Shown: one piece after another, positions 20,567 through 32,448 of the stretch
How positions within the stretch are numbered: the stretch's first letter is position 1
How the letters are laid out: every line of letters begins with the position of its first letter
Source: an uncultured delta proteobacterium
GTDB lineage: Bacteria; Myxococcota_A; Polyangia; Fen-1088
DNA: 64,000 nucleotides
Direction of reading: 5' to 3'
Assembly (NCBI GenBank): GCA_963737265.1
Contig: CAVTRY010000013.1
Location: 256,001-320,000 of the forward strand
Translations under genes and position numbers: made by a program
Notes under the pieces: generated by a model
Databases searched by the model: none
Seen by the model: only the letters and a program-made list of their open reading frames with translations
What the model was told of the DNA's origin: nothing

Positions 20567-21114
20567 ATCATGAACAACCCGTAGAGCAGGTATCCCAGGC
20601 CGCCCGTGCCGAGGGCGGCCGAGGCCGCCCACATGGATTTTCGCTTGGTGATCATGCAAACGGACGCCAGCGCGATGGCGATTTGCAGAGCGGCGATGCC
20701 GGTCCCAAGCGGCGGCCCGTGCTTGGCGGCGTCGTCGCGTTCCGCCTCGTGGCCCTTGGCCATCGCCTGAATCTCGTCCTGCTCTTGTTGGTATTTTTCC
20801 ACGCGCTTCTTGGCGTCGGCCTGAACGTCGGACGTGCCGAGGCGGCTTTCCATCTCAGCCAGCGAACGCTTGATGCCCTTGGCTTGAAAAAACGCCCATT
20901 CGTCGGAAGCCTTGGCCTGGCTGAGCAGCACCTTGCTGCCGTAGCCACCCGACTTTAGGCTGCCGTAGGCCGTGATCACGGCGAGAAACACGATCATCAG
21001 GGAAACGTATTTCGTCCACGAGTCGCGCTTTTCCTTGTCCTTGGCCGCCCGTCGGTCTTCGTGGATAGCTTTGATGAGCGAGCCAATTTCGTCGTGTTGC
21101 GATTGATTTTCCAT
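20563..21114 (-). CDS. DUF4337-family membrane protein
   Basis: QAKASDEWAFFQAKGIK, LQIAIALASV; three TM segments. Confidence 0.82.
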   Translation of the reverse strand: MENQSQHDEIGSLIKAIHEDRRAAKDKEKRDSWTKYVSLMIVFLAVITAYGSLKSGGYGSKVLLSQAKASDEWAFFQAKGIKRSLAEMESRLGTSDVQADAKKRVEKYQQEQDEIQAMAKGHEAERDDAAKHGPPLGTGIAALQIAIALASVCMITKRKSMWAASAALGTGGLGYLLYGLFMI

Positions 21115-21329
21115 GAATTAGCCTCGTCAGGTGTGCGCGTCACGCCTACAGTGGGGTATACTCCGTCCCCATTGCTGGCGGTCGTCCTGGTTCGTTGCGG
21201 GTCTTTGATAGAAGTTTTTGGGCACTTTCCTTACGTTGCATGTCACCGCCGGGTAGTGAGGTGTGCAACTTGGTGGTCTCTGGTGTTCCGTGTACGACCA
21301 GTTGGCCGTGAAGCTCGAAGGGAGATCGC

Positions 21330-24300
21330 ATGAACCTATTGCCTGAAGCTCTAGTCGAACGCCTCAAAAATCGCCAGGCGGTTTTGGTGACGGGCCTTGG
21401 GTGTTCCGGGTTGGCGGGCTTTCCCGCCTGGCCCGCGCTGTGTGGGCACCTGGCCGACCGGATCGAGAGCGAAGCCGACAAGCAAGCGGTGTTCGAGCTG
21501 CTGCACGCGGGCTCACTTGCCACCGCGACGGCGCTAGTCCGCGACCTCGTGCCCGAAAAAGCCCTGGTCGAGGTCCTGCGTGATGCGTACCCGATGAGCG
21601 CACCGGTCCCCGAAGCTATCCGGGCGGCCGCGCGCGCGCACTGGCGGGGCATCATCACCACCGCCCTCGATGCGCTGTGGACGTCTGCGCTGGCTGGGGA
21701 TGCCGAGGTCGCGAATCGCATGGTCTTTGCCGGCAACGCCGCCGCGCTTGACAGCGGCCGCGGTCGATTCCTCGTCCAGCTTTTCGGACGCACCGATGTA
21801 CCCGCGTCGCTGTGCCTGGCGCCGTTCGAAGTCGGCCCCAAGATCGTAGCCACCGGCGCCGCCAAATACCTTGAAAACCTGCACAAGAAGTGGTCGTTCG
21901 TCTTCGTCGGCTTCGCGCCGAACGATCCCGATCTCAACTTGCTCGCCGGTCGGATCCTGGGCGCCAGCCCGTCCACCAGCCAGCACTTCTTCGTCGCGCA
22001 CGATTTGCAGCCCATCGACGCCTACCGGGTCAAAGCCGAATTCGGCTTGGTGCCCGTATCCGTCGCGGGTGGCCTCGAGGATGTCCTCAAGGCTGTCACG
22101 CAGGGTTGTGCCCTGGCCGGCGCTAGACCCGCCGCCGACGACGCCGAGGCGTGGCTTGAGCGACTGACCGCCGATCCCGACGACAGCGAAGCCGACGCGG
22201 CACTGGCGCGAGGCTTGGCCAAGTTGCGCGAACACAAGGAATGGGAGCGCCTGGTCGGCGTTCTGGTCGGTCGCGCCGAGCACAAGCACGATGCCAAGGA
22301 TCAGGCCGCCGATCTTCACGCCGCCGGGCTCGTGCTCGACCAGGAGCTCGCCGCCGCGGATAGAGCCCATCCCGTGCTGATGATGGCCCTGCACTTGACC
22401 CCGAACGACGCCGCCCTGTTGGCCGATGCCAAGCGGGTAGCCGACAAGGCCGGCCAGGCGAGCGAATTCCTGCACGAGCTGCATGAGATCGAAAGAGAGT
22501 CCGCCGGTTCGCCGCACTCCGATCCCGTGGCCCTGGGACTGGCCCGGCTGCTCGCCGAAGATCCCGCCCGGCGCGACGAAGCCGTCACCGCATTTGAGAA
22601 GGTGCTCGCCCGCGATCCCAGTCATGCCGAGGCCCTGGAAGGCCTGGAGGCTATCTGGCGCAAGGCCCAACGCTGGGACGCCCTGCGCGCACTGTACGAG
22701 AAGGCCATCGAGCGCGATCCGGCCAACGCGGCGGTGGCGGAAAAGCTGGAAGACATCTACGAGCGAACCGGCGAGAGCGCCCAGCTCATCGAGCTTTTGC
22801 AAGCACGGCTGGCCCGCAATCCCGGCGAAGCCCGCGGCCACGCCAAGCTCGAGGCCCTGTACGAGAAGACGCAGCGCTGGCAGCCGCTCGGCGCCCTGTA
22901 TGAACGCCTGCTCGGCAAGAATCCCGGCGACCTCGACACCCGGACCAAACTTGAAGCGCTGTATAGGAAGACACAGCAGTGGCAGCCGCTCGGCGCTCTG
23001 TACGAACGTCTGCTGGCCCAGGCTCCGGACGACAGCGAGGTGCTGGACAAGGTGGAAAACCTCTACCGCCAAAGCGAGCAATGGCGGCCACTCGCCGACT
23101 TGCTCGAACGCCGCGCGGCCACCAAGACACCGGCCGAGGCCCGCACCCTGCGTCTCGAGCGCGCCACGATTCTGCTTGAAAAGTTGAAGGACAGCGATGC
23201 CGCCCTGGCCGTGGCGAGCTCGTTCCTTGCCAGCGACGGGGCGGCGGCGGAGGAGATTTTCGCCAAGTGCCTCGACCGCGATCCGGGCAATCCGACTGCG
23301 CTGCTGGCACTGGCCGAAAGCGCCCGCGCCAAGGGCGACTACTTGCGCGCGGCCAAGTTCACCCTCGACAGCGCCGAGCGCACGCAAAACCCACTCGAGC
23401 TTGGACGCCTGCTTGCCGACGCCGGCACGCTCTACCTCGATCGCCTGAACGACGAGGCCAAGGCCGTCGAGCTCTTCGAGCGCGCGTTGGCCGCGGATCC
23501 GGAGCAGGCGACCGCCGCCGCGCGACTGCTGTCGCTGAGCGAAGCTCGCGAAGAATGGGCTGCCGTCGAGCCCTTGCTGGACTTGGTGCTGCGCAAAACC
23601 GACGACAGCGATCCGGCGAAGAAAATCGACCTCTACCAGCGCGTGGCACGTTGCGCGCGCAAGCTCGGTAAATTCGACAAGGCAGTCGCGGCCCTGACCT
23701 CGGCCACCAAGCTCGATCTCACATCGCCAAAGCTGGCACGCGACCTAGCCGATTCGCACTTCGAACGGGGAGCCTGGACCGAGGCACGCGCCGCCTACGA
23801 GAACACGCGGCAGGTGCTTGGCGACAACGGAACCGCCGCCGAACGGGCTGGCCTGCTCGAACGGCTGGCGAATTGCGCGATCCAGACCGACGACCTCGAC
23901 GCGGCCTTGCGCTTCTACGAGGAAGCCCTGGCGCTAGAGCCCGAGAAGCGCGACGTGCTCGAAGAAGATCGTCGACCTGCGCACCGTGCGCGGCGACTGG
24001 AAGGAGCTGCTGGCGCTCAAGCGGCGGCTCCTGCCGCTGGTGGACGACGCGGAGAAAGCGAAAATCGTCGAGGAGATCGGCGATGTGATGCAGGAGAAAC
24101 TCGACGACTGGCCGGGCGCCATGGATGCGTATCGCCAGGCCCTGATCTTCCAGCCCGATCGGCGCCAGACGCTGTATAAGACGCTCGAATACCACACCGT
24201 CGAACGCGAGTGGCCCTTGGCCATCGCAACCTTGCAGAGGCTGGCCGAGCTTGAAGGCGACCCGCTGGCGCGCGCGAAATGCAACTACGCGATGGCGGCC

Positions 24301-25761
24301 ATCTACCGCGACGAAGAGAAGGACTCGGCCAAGGCCAATGCGCTTTTCACCAAGGTTCTCGACGACAGTCCGCTTTACCCCAAGGCATTCGATGCCATCG
24401 AGAAGATCCTGGTCGAGAACAAAGACCTCAAGGAGCTTGAACGCGCCTACCGCAAGCAGATCAAGCGCCTGCCGGCGGAGGCGTCGGTCGATGCCAAGCT
24501 GCGCCTGTGGGACGGTCTCGCCGAGGTGGCGCTCAAGCAGCGCGACAAGGAGAGCGCGGCGCTGACCATGGAAGTCGCGCTTTCGCTCGATCGCGCGAAC
24601 ATGGCCCGCCAGGAACAATTGGCGAAGCTGTACTTCGACATGGGGCCGTCGGCGGCGGACAAGGCCATCGCGCAGCACCAGTACCTGATTTCCAAGAAGC
24701 CCGACCGCCTGGACTCGTACAAAGCGCTGGCATCCCTATACTTCCAGGCTGGCGCGCACGACAAGATGTGGTGTGTGGCGGGCTCCATGACCTGTTTGGG
24801 TAAGGCCGACCCGCCACTACAAGCCCTGTACGAGAATTTCCGGCCCACGCAAATTCCACCTGCCAACAGCAAGCTCAATGAGGAGCTGTGGCGCAAGATC
24901 CTTCATCCCGACGAGGATCCGTATCTCGGCGCGCTCTTCGCGCTGTTATCGCCGGCCATCGCCATGTCCAGCGCGCAGCCGCGCAAGATGCTGGGGCTGG
25001 ACCGCGACGCGCGCGTGGACGTGACGACCGATGCCTGGCCGCACTCCGCGTCCTTGCGCTATGTCGCCAATTCCATCGAGGCGACCTTGCCCGATGTGTT
25101 CATCAAGAGGGACGCGCCTGGCACGATTAGCCTCGTCAACCTCAAGGACAAGAACACCCTCGCCCCGGCGCTGGTCATCGGCATTGGCTTCCAGCAACTG
25201 GCCTCGCACAGCGAGGTGATCTTCGATTTCGCCAAGCGCATGGTTCTGCTGCGTCCCGAGCGCTTCCCGCGTTTCGCTCTCGGTACGGGCGCGGCACTGG
25301 AGATCGCCGTGCGCGCCGGCCTGCAGTTGGGGGGCGCCCCGATTGGCAAGGGCGATCACGGCACCCTGGTGGACAAGATGGCCAAGAAGATCGACGGGCT
25401 GCTGTCGACGCCCCTGCGTGCCGAGCTCAAAGGCGTGGCCAAGCGCTATGTCGAAGCGCGCGGCGACAAGATAGACATTCCGGGCTGGATTATCGCTTCG
25501 GATCTGACCGCTTCGCGCGCGGCCCTCGCCCTGTGCGGCGACATCGTCGCGGCGGCGCGCGTGCTCGCGCTTGAGCCCTCGGGACAAAGCCCGCTCACCG
25601 TTCAAGAACGGACGAACGATCTCCTGGCCTACTTCACCAGCGACGATCACTTCACCGTGCGCGCCGCCTTGGGCATGCAGGTCAACCTGACGCCGGCAAG
25701 CGAGCCGGGAGCGCCACAAAAGCGCCGCATGAGCCCGATACAGATCAAGGCCCAGCCCTAA
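21330..25761 (+). CDS. SIR2-like domain + TPR repeat protein (~1480 aa), split by a +1 frameshift near 23963
   Basis: N-terminal SIR2_2 pattern (GLG.S..AGFPAW, IITTALD, FVFVGF..DPD); many 34-aa TPRs; ORFs 21330 and 23986 join at EK-IVDLRTVRGDW. Confidence 0.78.
22845..23015. repeat. 102-bp tandem duplication of one TPR unit
   Basis: KLEALY(E/R)KTQ(R/Q)WQPLGALYERLL twice, at 22845 and 22947. Confidence 0.85.
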
Positions 25762-25973
25762 TCGCCAATCCAGAACCGGCAATTCGGACCGGGCGCGGTC
25801 TATTTAATGGGCCGCCCGAGCAAGGAAACGTGGCCGAGAACGCTACGTTTCCGTCATGTATCGTTAGTGGAAAAGTGCCGCAAACTCTGACCAGTGGCTA
25901 TTGCAATAGGCGTCGCAAGTTGCTTCCCTACCTTTGCACACTGTTCATAGGAAAAGAGGAGAAGGAGAAACCA

Positions 25974-27182
25974 ATGCGACTTTTGTCCACGGTCTTTACG
26001 CTCTGTACGGTCTTCCCCATGGTGGCGAGTGCCCAAGAAGCCGCCCCCGCCCCAGCACCTGCTGGCATGCCGCCAGCGGCAGCACCCGCTCCCGCTGCCG
26101 CCGTGGTCGCGGCACCAGCGGCAGCCCCCGCCCCAGCGACGCCGCCACCCGTTGCATTTGGGTGGGAGGCGCTGGTTGACGCCTACTACATGTACAACTT
26201 TACGGGCGATCCCAAAACGCAGGCGCCACTCGGCCGTCAGTTCGACACTACCGCGAACAACTTCGCGCTTAGCTACGCCAAGCTTGGTGTGCACGCGGAC
26301 ACCGATTTGGTTTCGTTCCGTTTGGACTTTGGCGGGGGGCACACGGCTGCGATTATCAACGCCGCAAGCGGCGGGAGCTCGGCACCAGCAACGGCGACGG
26401 CGGCGACAGACACTACTTCGCTCTACGGAAACGGTTTCCTGATCCAGCAAGCCTTCGCTACCGTTAAGCCTACCAGCTATCTGACAATCGACGCCGGCAA
26501 GTTCGTGACCTCGGCGAGCGCCGAGGTCATCGAGACCAATAAGAACTGGCTCTACAGCCGCTCGTTGCTCTTCACCGGTGTTCCTCTGCTGCACACCGGT
26601 TTGCGCATCAATGGGACCGTGAATCCAGCACTGACCTTGTCCCTTCAGCTTGTCAATGGCTGGAACAACGATCCAGACATCAACTCGGATAAGACCTTTG
26701 GCTTTAACGCAACCTACGCACCCCCTAATCAGGGATTGACCGCTGGCTTTACAACATATATCGGCGACGAAGGCGGCGCCGACGGCACTAAGACCCGCAT
26801 TCTGCTTGACGCCGTATTCTCAAAGGACATTGGCAACCTCTCGGTTGGCGCGAATGTCGACTATCTAAAGCACGACACGGCCTGGTGGTTCGGCGTTGCG
26901 GCAATGGCACGTTTCATTCTTTCCGATGCCTTTAACGTTGCCGCGCGAGCCGAGTACCTGACGAGCAAGAAGGATGGTTATTTTGCTCCGGATCCGGCGG
27001 CTGGCCCGTCTGATGCGTCTCTGTACGAGATTACTGGTCAGGGCGCATGGACCGTTGGCAAGCACTACGAGCTGCGCCTCGAATTCCGCGCCGACCTGTG
27101 CGACAAGGATGTGTTCGAAAAGGGAACTACGCCCAGGAAGAATCAGGTCACCGGCCTGCTCGGTGCGCTCGCCTATTTCTAG
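25974..27182 (+). CDS. Outer membrane beta-barrel porin (BBP2/DUF1597-like, usually linked to nitrogen genes)
   Basis: Signal peptide, VDAYYMYNF, IDAGKF...EVIE..NWLYSRS, HTGLR, NGWN, C-terminal F; upstream of PII. Confidence 0.82.
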   Translation: MRLLSTVFTLCTVFPMVASAQEAAPAPAPAGMPPAAAPAPAAAVVAAPAAAPAPATPPPVAFGWEALVDAYYMYNFTGDPKTQAPLGRQFDTTANNFALSYAKLGVHADTDLVSFRLDFGGGHTAAIINAASGGSSAPATATAATDTTSLYGNGFLIQQAFATVKPTSYLTIDAGKFVTSASAEVIETNKNWLYSRSLLFTGVPLLHTGLRINGTVNPALTLSLQLVNGWNNDPDINSDKTFGFNATYAPPNQGLTAGFTTYIGDEGGADGTKTRILLDAVFSKDIGNLSVGANVDYLKHDTAWWFGVAAMARFILSDAFNVAARAEYLTSKKDGYFAPDPAAGPSDASLYEITGQGAWTVGKHYELRLEFRADLCDKDVFEKGTTPRKNQVTGLLGALAYF

Positions 27183-27584
<402 letters not shown>

Positions 27585-27608
27585 CCGCCAGGTTGGTTTG
27601 CCGGAGCC

Positions 27609-27998
27609 ATGATGTCTGGCGAGAACGAGTATTCCGTGAGCGAAATGACCGACCTTTCGCCGCGCACAGTTCGTCGTCACGACGACGCGGCACGATTTAT
27701 CGAACGCTTCGCGGTCCTGACCGGACTTCGCGTGAATTCCACCAGCGTGGAAGGCCTGCCGCGCGAATTTCTTGGGCGCACAGTCCCCGCGCCCGATCTT
27801 TTGGTACGCCAGTACGGCTACGAATTGGAGCCGCGCACGCACAATGCCCTGTGCCGCTACGAGCCCGGCCGGCGCCCCGAAGACCGCTGGACCTACGGCC
27901 GCCTGCTCGAAATTCGCGGCTTCGGCGTGTTTTCACTCCTCGATTTGCTCGAAGTCATGGCCAAGCACGGCATCTCGGCGACCGGATCCGACCCTTGA
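27609..27998 (+). CDS. Hypothetical protein with RNA polymerase alpha-CTD-like C-terminal half
   Basis: ELEPRTHNAL...TYGRLLEIRGFGVFSLLDL resembles LSVRxxNxL...LLxIxNFGxKSLxE. Confidence 0.6.
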   Translation: MMSGENEYSVSEMTDLSPRTVRRHDDAARFIERFAVLTGLRVNSTSVEGLPREFLGRTVPAPDLLVRQYGYELEPRTHNALCRYEPGRRPEDRWTYGRLLEIRGFGVFSLLDLLEVMAKHGISATGSDP

Positions 27999-28033
27999 CG
28001 TAGCCCGTTTCTCGCCGGAGGCTGTGCCGGCGC

Positions 28034-30271
28034 ATGGATCTATTCGAACGCGCCGCAGGTAAACGTCCCGGCAACGCGGTGGACGAGTCCGTCGAGGGCA
28101 CCATCGAGCGCATCGTCTTTTCCGGCGGTGACGGCGAGTTTACGGTGGCGCGCCTCAAGGTAGCCGGTGCGGCCGAGCCGGTGACCGTGGTCGGCAGTCT
28201 GCTCGGCCTGCCCGTGGGCGCAAACCTGCGCGCGAACGGCTACTACGAAACCAATCCGCGTTTCGGCCGACAATTCCGCATCGTCGCGTACACCGAGCTT
28301 TCCCCCAACACCCTCGCCGGCATCAAGCGCTACCTCGGCGCCGGGCTCATCAAAGGCATCGGTCCCGAATTCGCGTCCCGCATCGTCGCCCGCTTCGGCG
28401 ACAAGACCCTGGAGATTCTCGACGCCCGGCCCGAGCGCATCCGCGAAGTGCCCGGCATCGGCCGTTCGCGCGCCGAGGCCATCAAGAAAGCCTGGGCCAC
28501 CCAGCGCGGGCAGCGCGAGGTGATGGTTTTCCTGCAAGGCTACGGCGTGTCCCCGGCTCTCGCCGCGCGCATTTACAAACGCTACGGCACCGCGGCCGTG
28601 GCGCGCGTGCGCGAGAATCCCTATCGCCTCGCCTTCGACGTGTGGGGCATCGGATTTCTCTCGGCCGATCGCCTGGCCAGCTCGCTCGGCATCGGCAAGG
28701 AAACCGACATGCGCATCGAAGCGGGCGTGCGCCACGTTTTGGAAGAAGCTGGCAGCCAAGGCCACGTGTACCTGCCGCGCGCACGGCTCGCGCAGGATGC
28801 GAGCAATCGCCTGGAGGTCGATCTCGCCCTGGTCGAGCCCGCCATCGATCGGTTGGCGCGCATTGGAGAAGTCGCCGTCGAGCACGTGCAAGCCGGCGAA
28901 CCAGGCGGCGAGGCCGGCGGTGAAGCGGTCTTTGAAACCAGCCTGCTGCGTGCCGAGCTGGCCGCGGCTGCGGGTCTGCGCCGCCTGCTGCACGCCCAGT
29001 GCAAACCGCTGCCCGTGGATCCTGACAGCGCCATCGCCCGCTACGAAAAGGAAGCCGACATCACCCTGGCACCGAAACAGGCCGAGGCCGTGCGGCGCGC
29101 GCTCGTCGAGCCGTTGCTGGTCATCACCGGCGGCCCCGGCGTGGGCAAGACCACCATCGTGCGCGGGATCGTGGCGAGCTTCCTCCGCTGCGACCTGCGC
29201 GTGGCCTTGGCCGCCCCCACCGGGCGCGCCGCCAAACGTCTGCAAGAAGCCACCGGCCAGCCGGCCGCGACCTTGCACCGCCTGCTCGAATGGCGACCGG
29301 CCGAGGGCGTGTTTGGGCGCAACCGGGAGCGCCCGCTCGCCGCCGATCTGCTGGTCGTCGACGAGGCGTCCATGGTGGACATCCGCCTGTGCGCGGATCT
29401 CGTCGCCGCCCTGGCCAACGGCACGCGCCTGTTGCTGGTGGGCGACCAAGATCAGCTTCCATCGGTCGGCCCCGGCATGGTTCTGCGCGACACCATCGAA
29501 TCCGAGGCCGTGCCGGTGGTGCGCCTCAATGAAATCTTCCGCCAGGCCGCGCAGAGCCTGATCGTCGTCAACGCCCACCGCATTCACGATGGTGAAATGC
29601 CCGAGCTCGGCGAGCCGCCCACGCAAGGTCCGACGGCCGACACGCGCGATTTCTTCTTTCTCGAAGAAAACGATCCGGCAAGCGCCGCGCAAACCATTCG
29701 CGATCTCGTGGTCGCGCGCCTACCGCGCCGCTACGGTTACTCGCCGTCCGACATTCAAGTGCTCACGCCCATGCACCGGGGCGAGCTCGGCGCCACCAAC
29801 CTCAATCGGCTCCTGCAAGAAGCGCTTAGCGCTGGCGGCGAGTCGCTCACCAGTGGCAGTCGCCTCTTTCGTGCCGGCGACCGGGTCATGCAAATGCGCA
29901 ATAACTACGACAAAGACGTATTCAACGGCGACGTCGGCCAAGTCGTTCGCGTCGCCCAGGAAGAGCGCGAGCTGGTCGTCCGTTTCGACGAGCGCGAGGT
30001 GAGCTTTGCCAGCGACGAGCTCGATGAGTTGTCGCTCGCCTACGCGGCGACGGTGCACAAGTCGCAGGGATCGGAGTACGCCGCCGTCGTCATCCCCGTG
30101 CACACGCAACACTTCGTCATGCTCCAGCGCAGCCTGCTTTACACCGCCGTCACCCGCGGGAAGAAATTGGTGGTGCTGGTGGGTACGCGCAAGGCGCTCG
30201 CGATTGCGGTTCGCAACGCCGAGGTAGCCCTGCGCTGCACGCGCCTGCGCCACCGCCTGGCGAAGGCGTGA
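28034..30271 (+). CDS. recD2: ATP-dependent RecD-like DNA helicase RecD2
   Basis: HhH motifs (IKGIG, VPGIG), GGPGVGKTT, APTGRAA, VDEASM, GDQDQLPSVG, YAATVHKSQGSEY, YTAVTRGK. Confidence 0.95.
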   Translation: MDLFERAAGKRPGNAVDESVEGTIERIVFSGGDGEFTVARLKVAGAAEPVTVVGSLLGLPVGANLRANGYYETNPRFGRQFRIVAYTELSPNTLAGIKRYLGAGLIKGIGPEFASRIVARFGDKTLEILDARPERIREVPGIGRSRAEAIKKAWATQRGQREVMVFLQGYGVSPALAARIYKRYGTAAVARVRENPYRLAFDVWGIGFLSADRLASSLGIGKETDMRIEAGVRHVLEEAGSQGHVYLPRARLAQDASNRLEVDLALVEPAIDRLARIGEVAVEHVQAGEPGGEAGGEAVFETSLLRAELAAAAGLRRLLHAQCKPLPVDPDSAIARYEKEADITLAPKQAEAVRRALVEPLLVITGGPGVGKTTIVRGIVASFLRCDLRVALAAPTGRAAKRLQEATGQPAATLHRLLEWRPAEGVFGRNRERPLAADLLVVDEASMVDIRLCADLVAALANGTRLLLVGDQDQLPSVGPGMVLRDTIESEAVPVVRLNEIFRQAAQSLIVVNAHRIHDGEMPELGEPPTQGPTADTRDFFFLEENDPASAAQTIRDLVVARLPRRYGYSPSDIQVLTPMHRGELGATNLNRLLQEALSAGGESLTSGSRLFRAGDRVMQMRNNYDKDVFNGDVGQVVRVAQEERELVVRFDEREVSFASDELDELSLAYAATVHKSQGSEYAAVVIPVHTQHFVMLQRSLLYTAVTRGKKLVVLVGTRKALAIAVRNAEVALRCTRLRHRLAKA

Positions 30272-30293
30272 GCGAGCCCTGCTACCCCACCTG

Positions 30294-31328
30294 CTACCCC
30301 TCCCAGGTCGCCCGGTCTCGACCTGCCTTCTTGGAAAGATAGAGCCTCCTGTCGGCTTTTTTCAGCAAGGCGCTCGCGCTCCGCGTTTCCTCGGATCCGG
30401 CCACGCCCGCGCTCGCCGTCAGCCCGATGTGCCGTCCCTCGAAAAGACAGGGCGTTTTGCGGATCCTGCCAATCAGCTTCGCCGCCACGAAGCGTCCGCC
30501 CTCCAGCTCCGTATCGGGCAAGAGAAGAAGGAACTCGTCCCCGCCATAGCGGAAGAGCGTGTCCGTTCTGCGGCTGCCGGACTGGAGGATCTCCGCCAAG
30601 TGCCGGATCACCTGGTCGCCCGCCAGGTGGCCGTGTTCGTCGTTGACGGTCTTGAACCGATCGATGTCGAACAGCACCACCGAGAATTCTTTCCGACACC
30701 CATTGTCCTTCACCCGCGTCTTCAGCCTAAAACTCTTCTGGAGAGTCTCACGCAGGGCCCGCCGGTTGAGTAGGCCCGACAGGGGGTCGATGCGCGAGAG
30801 CTGAGCGAGCTCCCGGTTCGCTGCCTCCAGGGCATCCTCCGCCCGCTTGAGCGCAGTGATGTCCCGCGAGATGCCCCAGGTCCCTATCACCCGCCCCGGC
30901 TTGTCGCGCAGCGGGAACTTCGAGGTCGAGACCCACGTAACTCTCCCGTCCGGCCAGGTTTCTTTTTCCACCATCTCGACCACCGGCTTGCCAGTCCTGA
31001 TGATTCGCCGCTCGTCGCGGAACGCCTGGACCGCGTGCTCTCGCGTGAAGTGGTCGAAATCCGAGGTGCCGATGATCCTATTCACATTTGCCGTGCCAAA
31101 CCGAAGCGCCGCCGTGCGGCTCACGAAGAAGAACCGCGACTGACGGTCTTTGAAATAGATCGTGTCCCGTCCCAGGTTCATGATCACATTCTGCACATCG
31201 GTCTCGGCCAGAAGTCCCGATGACCAGGCAAGGCGATCCGATTGGGGAACGGACCGCGGCCAAGAAGGTTTCTTTCCATTCTTCCCGCTCTTGTCCGAGC
31301 GAAGTCGTCTCAAGCGCACGCTACTCAT
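30294..31328 (-). CDS. PAS-domain diguanylate cyclase
   Basis: PAS (IYFKD..SRF, WVSTSKFPLRD, GISRDIT); DPLSGLLNRR, DIDRFKTVND.HGH..GD, RRTD I-site, RYGGDEF. Confidence 0.92.
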   Translation of the reverse strand: MSSVRLRRLRSDKSGKNGKKPSWPRSVPQSDRLAWSSGLLAETDVQNVIMNLGRDTIYFKDRQSRFFFVSRTAALRFGTANVNRIIGTSDFDHFTREHAVQAFRDERRIIRTGKPVVEMVEKETWPDGRVTWVSTSKFPLRDKPGRVIGTWGISRDITALKRAEDALEAANRELAQLSRIDPLSGLLNRRALRETLQKSFRLKTRVKDNGCRKEFSVVLFDIDRFKTVNDEHGHLAGDQVIRHLAEILQSGSRRTDTLFRYGGDEFLLLLPDTELEGGRFVAAKLIGRIRKTPCLFEGRHIGLTASAGVAGSEETRSASALLKKADRRLYLSKKAGRDRATWEG

Positions 31329-31589
31329 CGCCGCATCGCTTCCCACGACATTGGCCTCTCACCCATTAGCGAGGTTACATCATCGCTCCAACTGGGTGGC
31401 CCGTCCATCCTGGAAAGGCACCTTTTTCTGCCGCCTTCCGCGACGTCGCTGCGCTCCTCGCGGGATTACGGCGGTCTCGATGCCGAATACCCGGCCGCGC
31501 GCGGGAGGTTCGACCGAGCTGCCCGCATTCAGGGCTTGTGGACGCGGCCCGGGTGAGGGATAACCGGAAGGAGATTCATTTTCGAGGTT

Positions 31590-32435
31590 GTGATGTTTGA
31601 CGAAGTTGTTTCCGTAGAAGTTGTGCGGCGCTTTTGCCACATTGCAACTCGGCGTTTGGGGGTCGGAATCGATGCCAAGGTGGAGGCCCTGGTCGCGGGC
31701 CGGGTCGCCAAACGGCTGAAGGTTTTGCAGCTGCCACTCGACGAGTATTTGAGTCGTCTGGATGAGGATGAGCATTGCGACGAAGTCATCGGTTTCTTGG
31801 ACTTCATGCGATCCCGGCCGCCGCGTTTCTTTGCGCGCGTGTCGGAGCACGCCGAGCTGTACGCGCAGGTGCGGCGTTGGTTGGCGGCTGGCCGCCGCCG
31901 ATTTCGTCTGTGGTCCGCGGGCTGTGGCTCGGGCGAAGAGCCGTACGCCATGGCGTTGACGGTTATCCGGGCCATCGAGGACGCGAAGCTCAAGCTCGGG
32001 CTGGTGGATTGGAAGATTCTGGCCAGCGATCTTTCCTCGCGTTCGCTCGAACGAGGCCGAAGGGGCGTGTTCGACGACGAGCAAATCGCCGGTCTGCCCG
32101 CAGATTCGGCCGCGCGTTTCTTCACCGAAACCAGCGAGGGTCTGGAGATCGGCGGCGAAGTGAAGGCGCGCGTGGTGTTTCGCCGCCTCAACATCGCGCA
32201 ACCGCCCTTTCCGATGACCGGGCCGCTCGATGCGATTTTCTGTCATGAGGGCCTACTGCCGCTGGTGCCCGGGGTTCGTCGCCGCGTGATCGCCGCGGCC
32301 AAATCGCTGTTGGCTGAAGATGGTGTTTTCTGCTCGGGCTACGACGAAGGAGTCTTCGATGCGGCACAAGACGCCGATGAAGCGTTTTGGCGGGACGGTA
32401 CCAGCGCTTCGCCCCGGCCGCGGGGAAACTGCTGA
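31590..32435 (+). CDS. cheR: CheR-family protein-glutamate methyltransferase (orphan)
   Basis: LWSAGCGSGEEPYAMA, ILASDLS, VVFRRLN, DAIFC. Confidence 0.88.
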   Translation: MMFDEVVSVEVVRRFCHIATRRLGVGIDAKVEALVAGRVAKRLKVLQLPLDEYLSRLDEDEHCDEVIGFLDFMRSRPPRFFARVSEHAELYAQVRRWLAAGRRRFRLWSAGCGSGEEPYAMALTVIRAIEDAKLKLGLVDWKILASDLSSRSLERGRRGVFDDEQIAGLPADSAARFFTETSEGLEIGGEVKARVVFRRLNIAQPPFPMTGPLDAIFCHEGLLPLVPGVRRRVIAAAKSLLAEDGVFCSGYDEGVFDAAQDADEAFWRDGTSASPRPRGNC

Positions 32436-32448
32436 TCGCAAGTGATGG

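Noticed and set aside
25905-25925. Possible sigma54 promoter before the porin gene (AGGCGTCGCAAGTTGC)
   Set aside because: GG-to-GC spacing is 11 nt rather than the required 10
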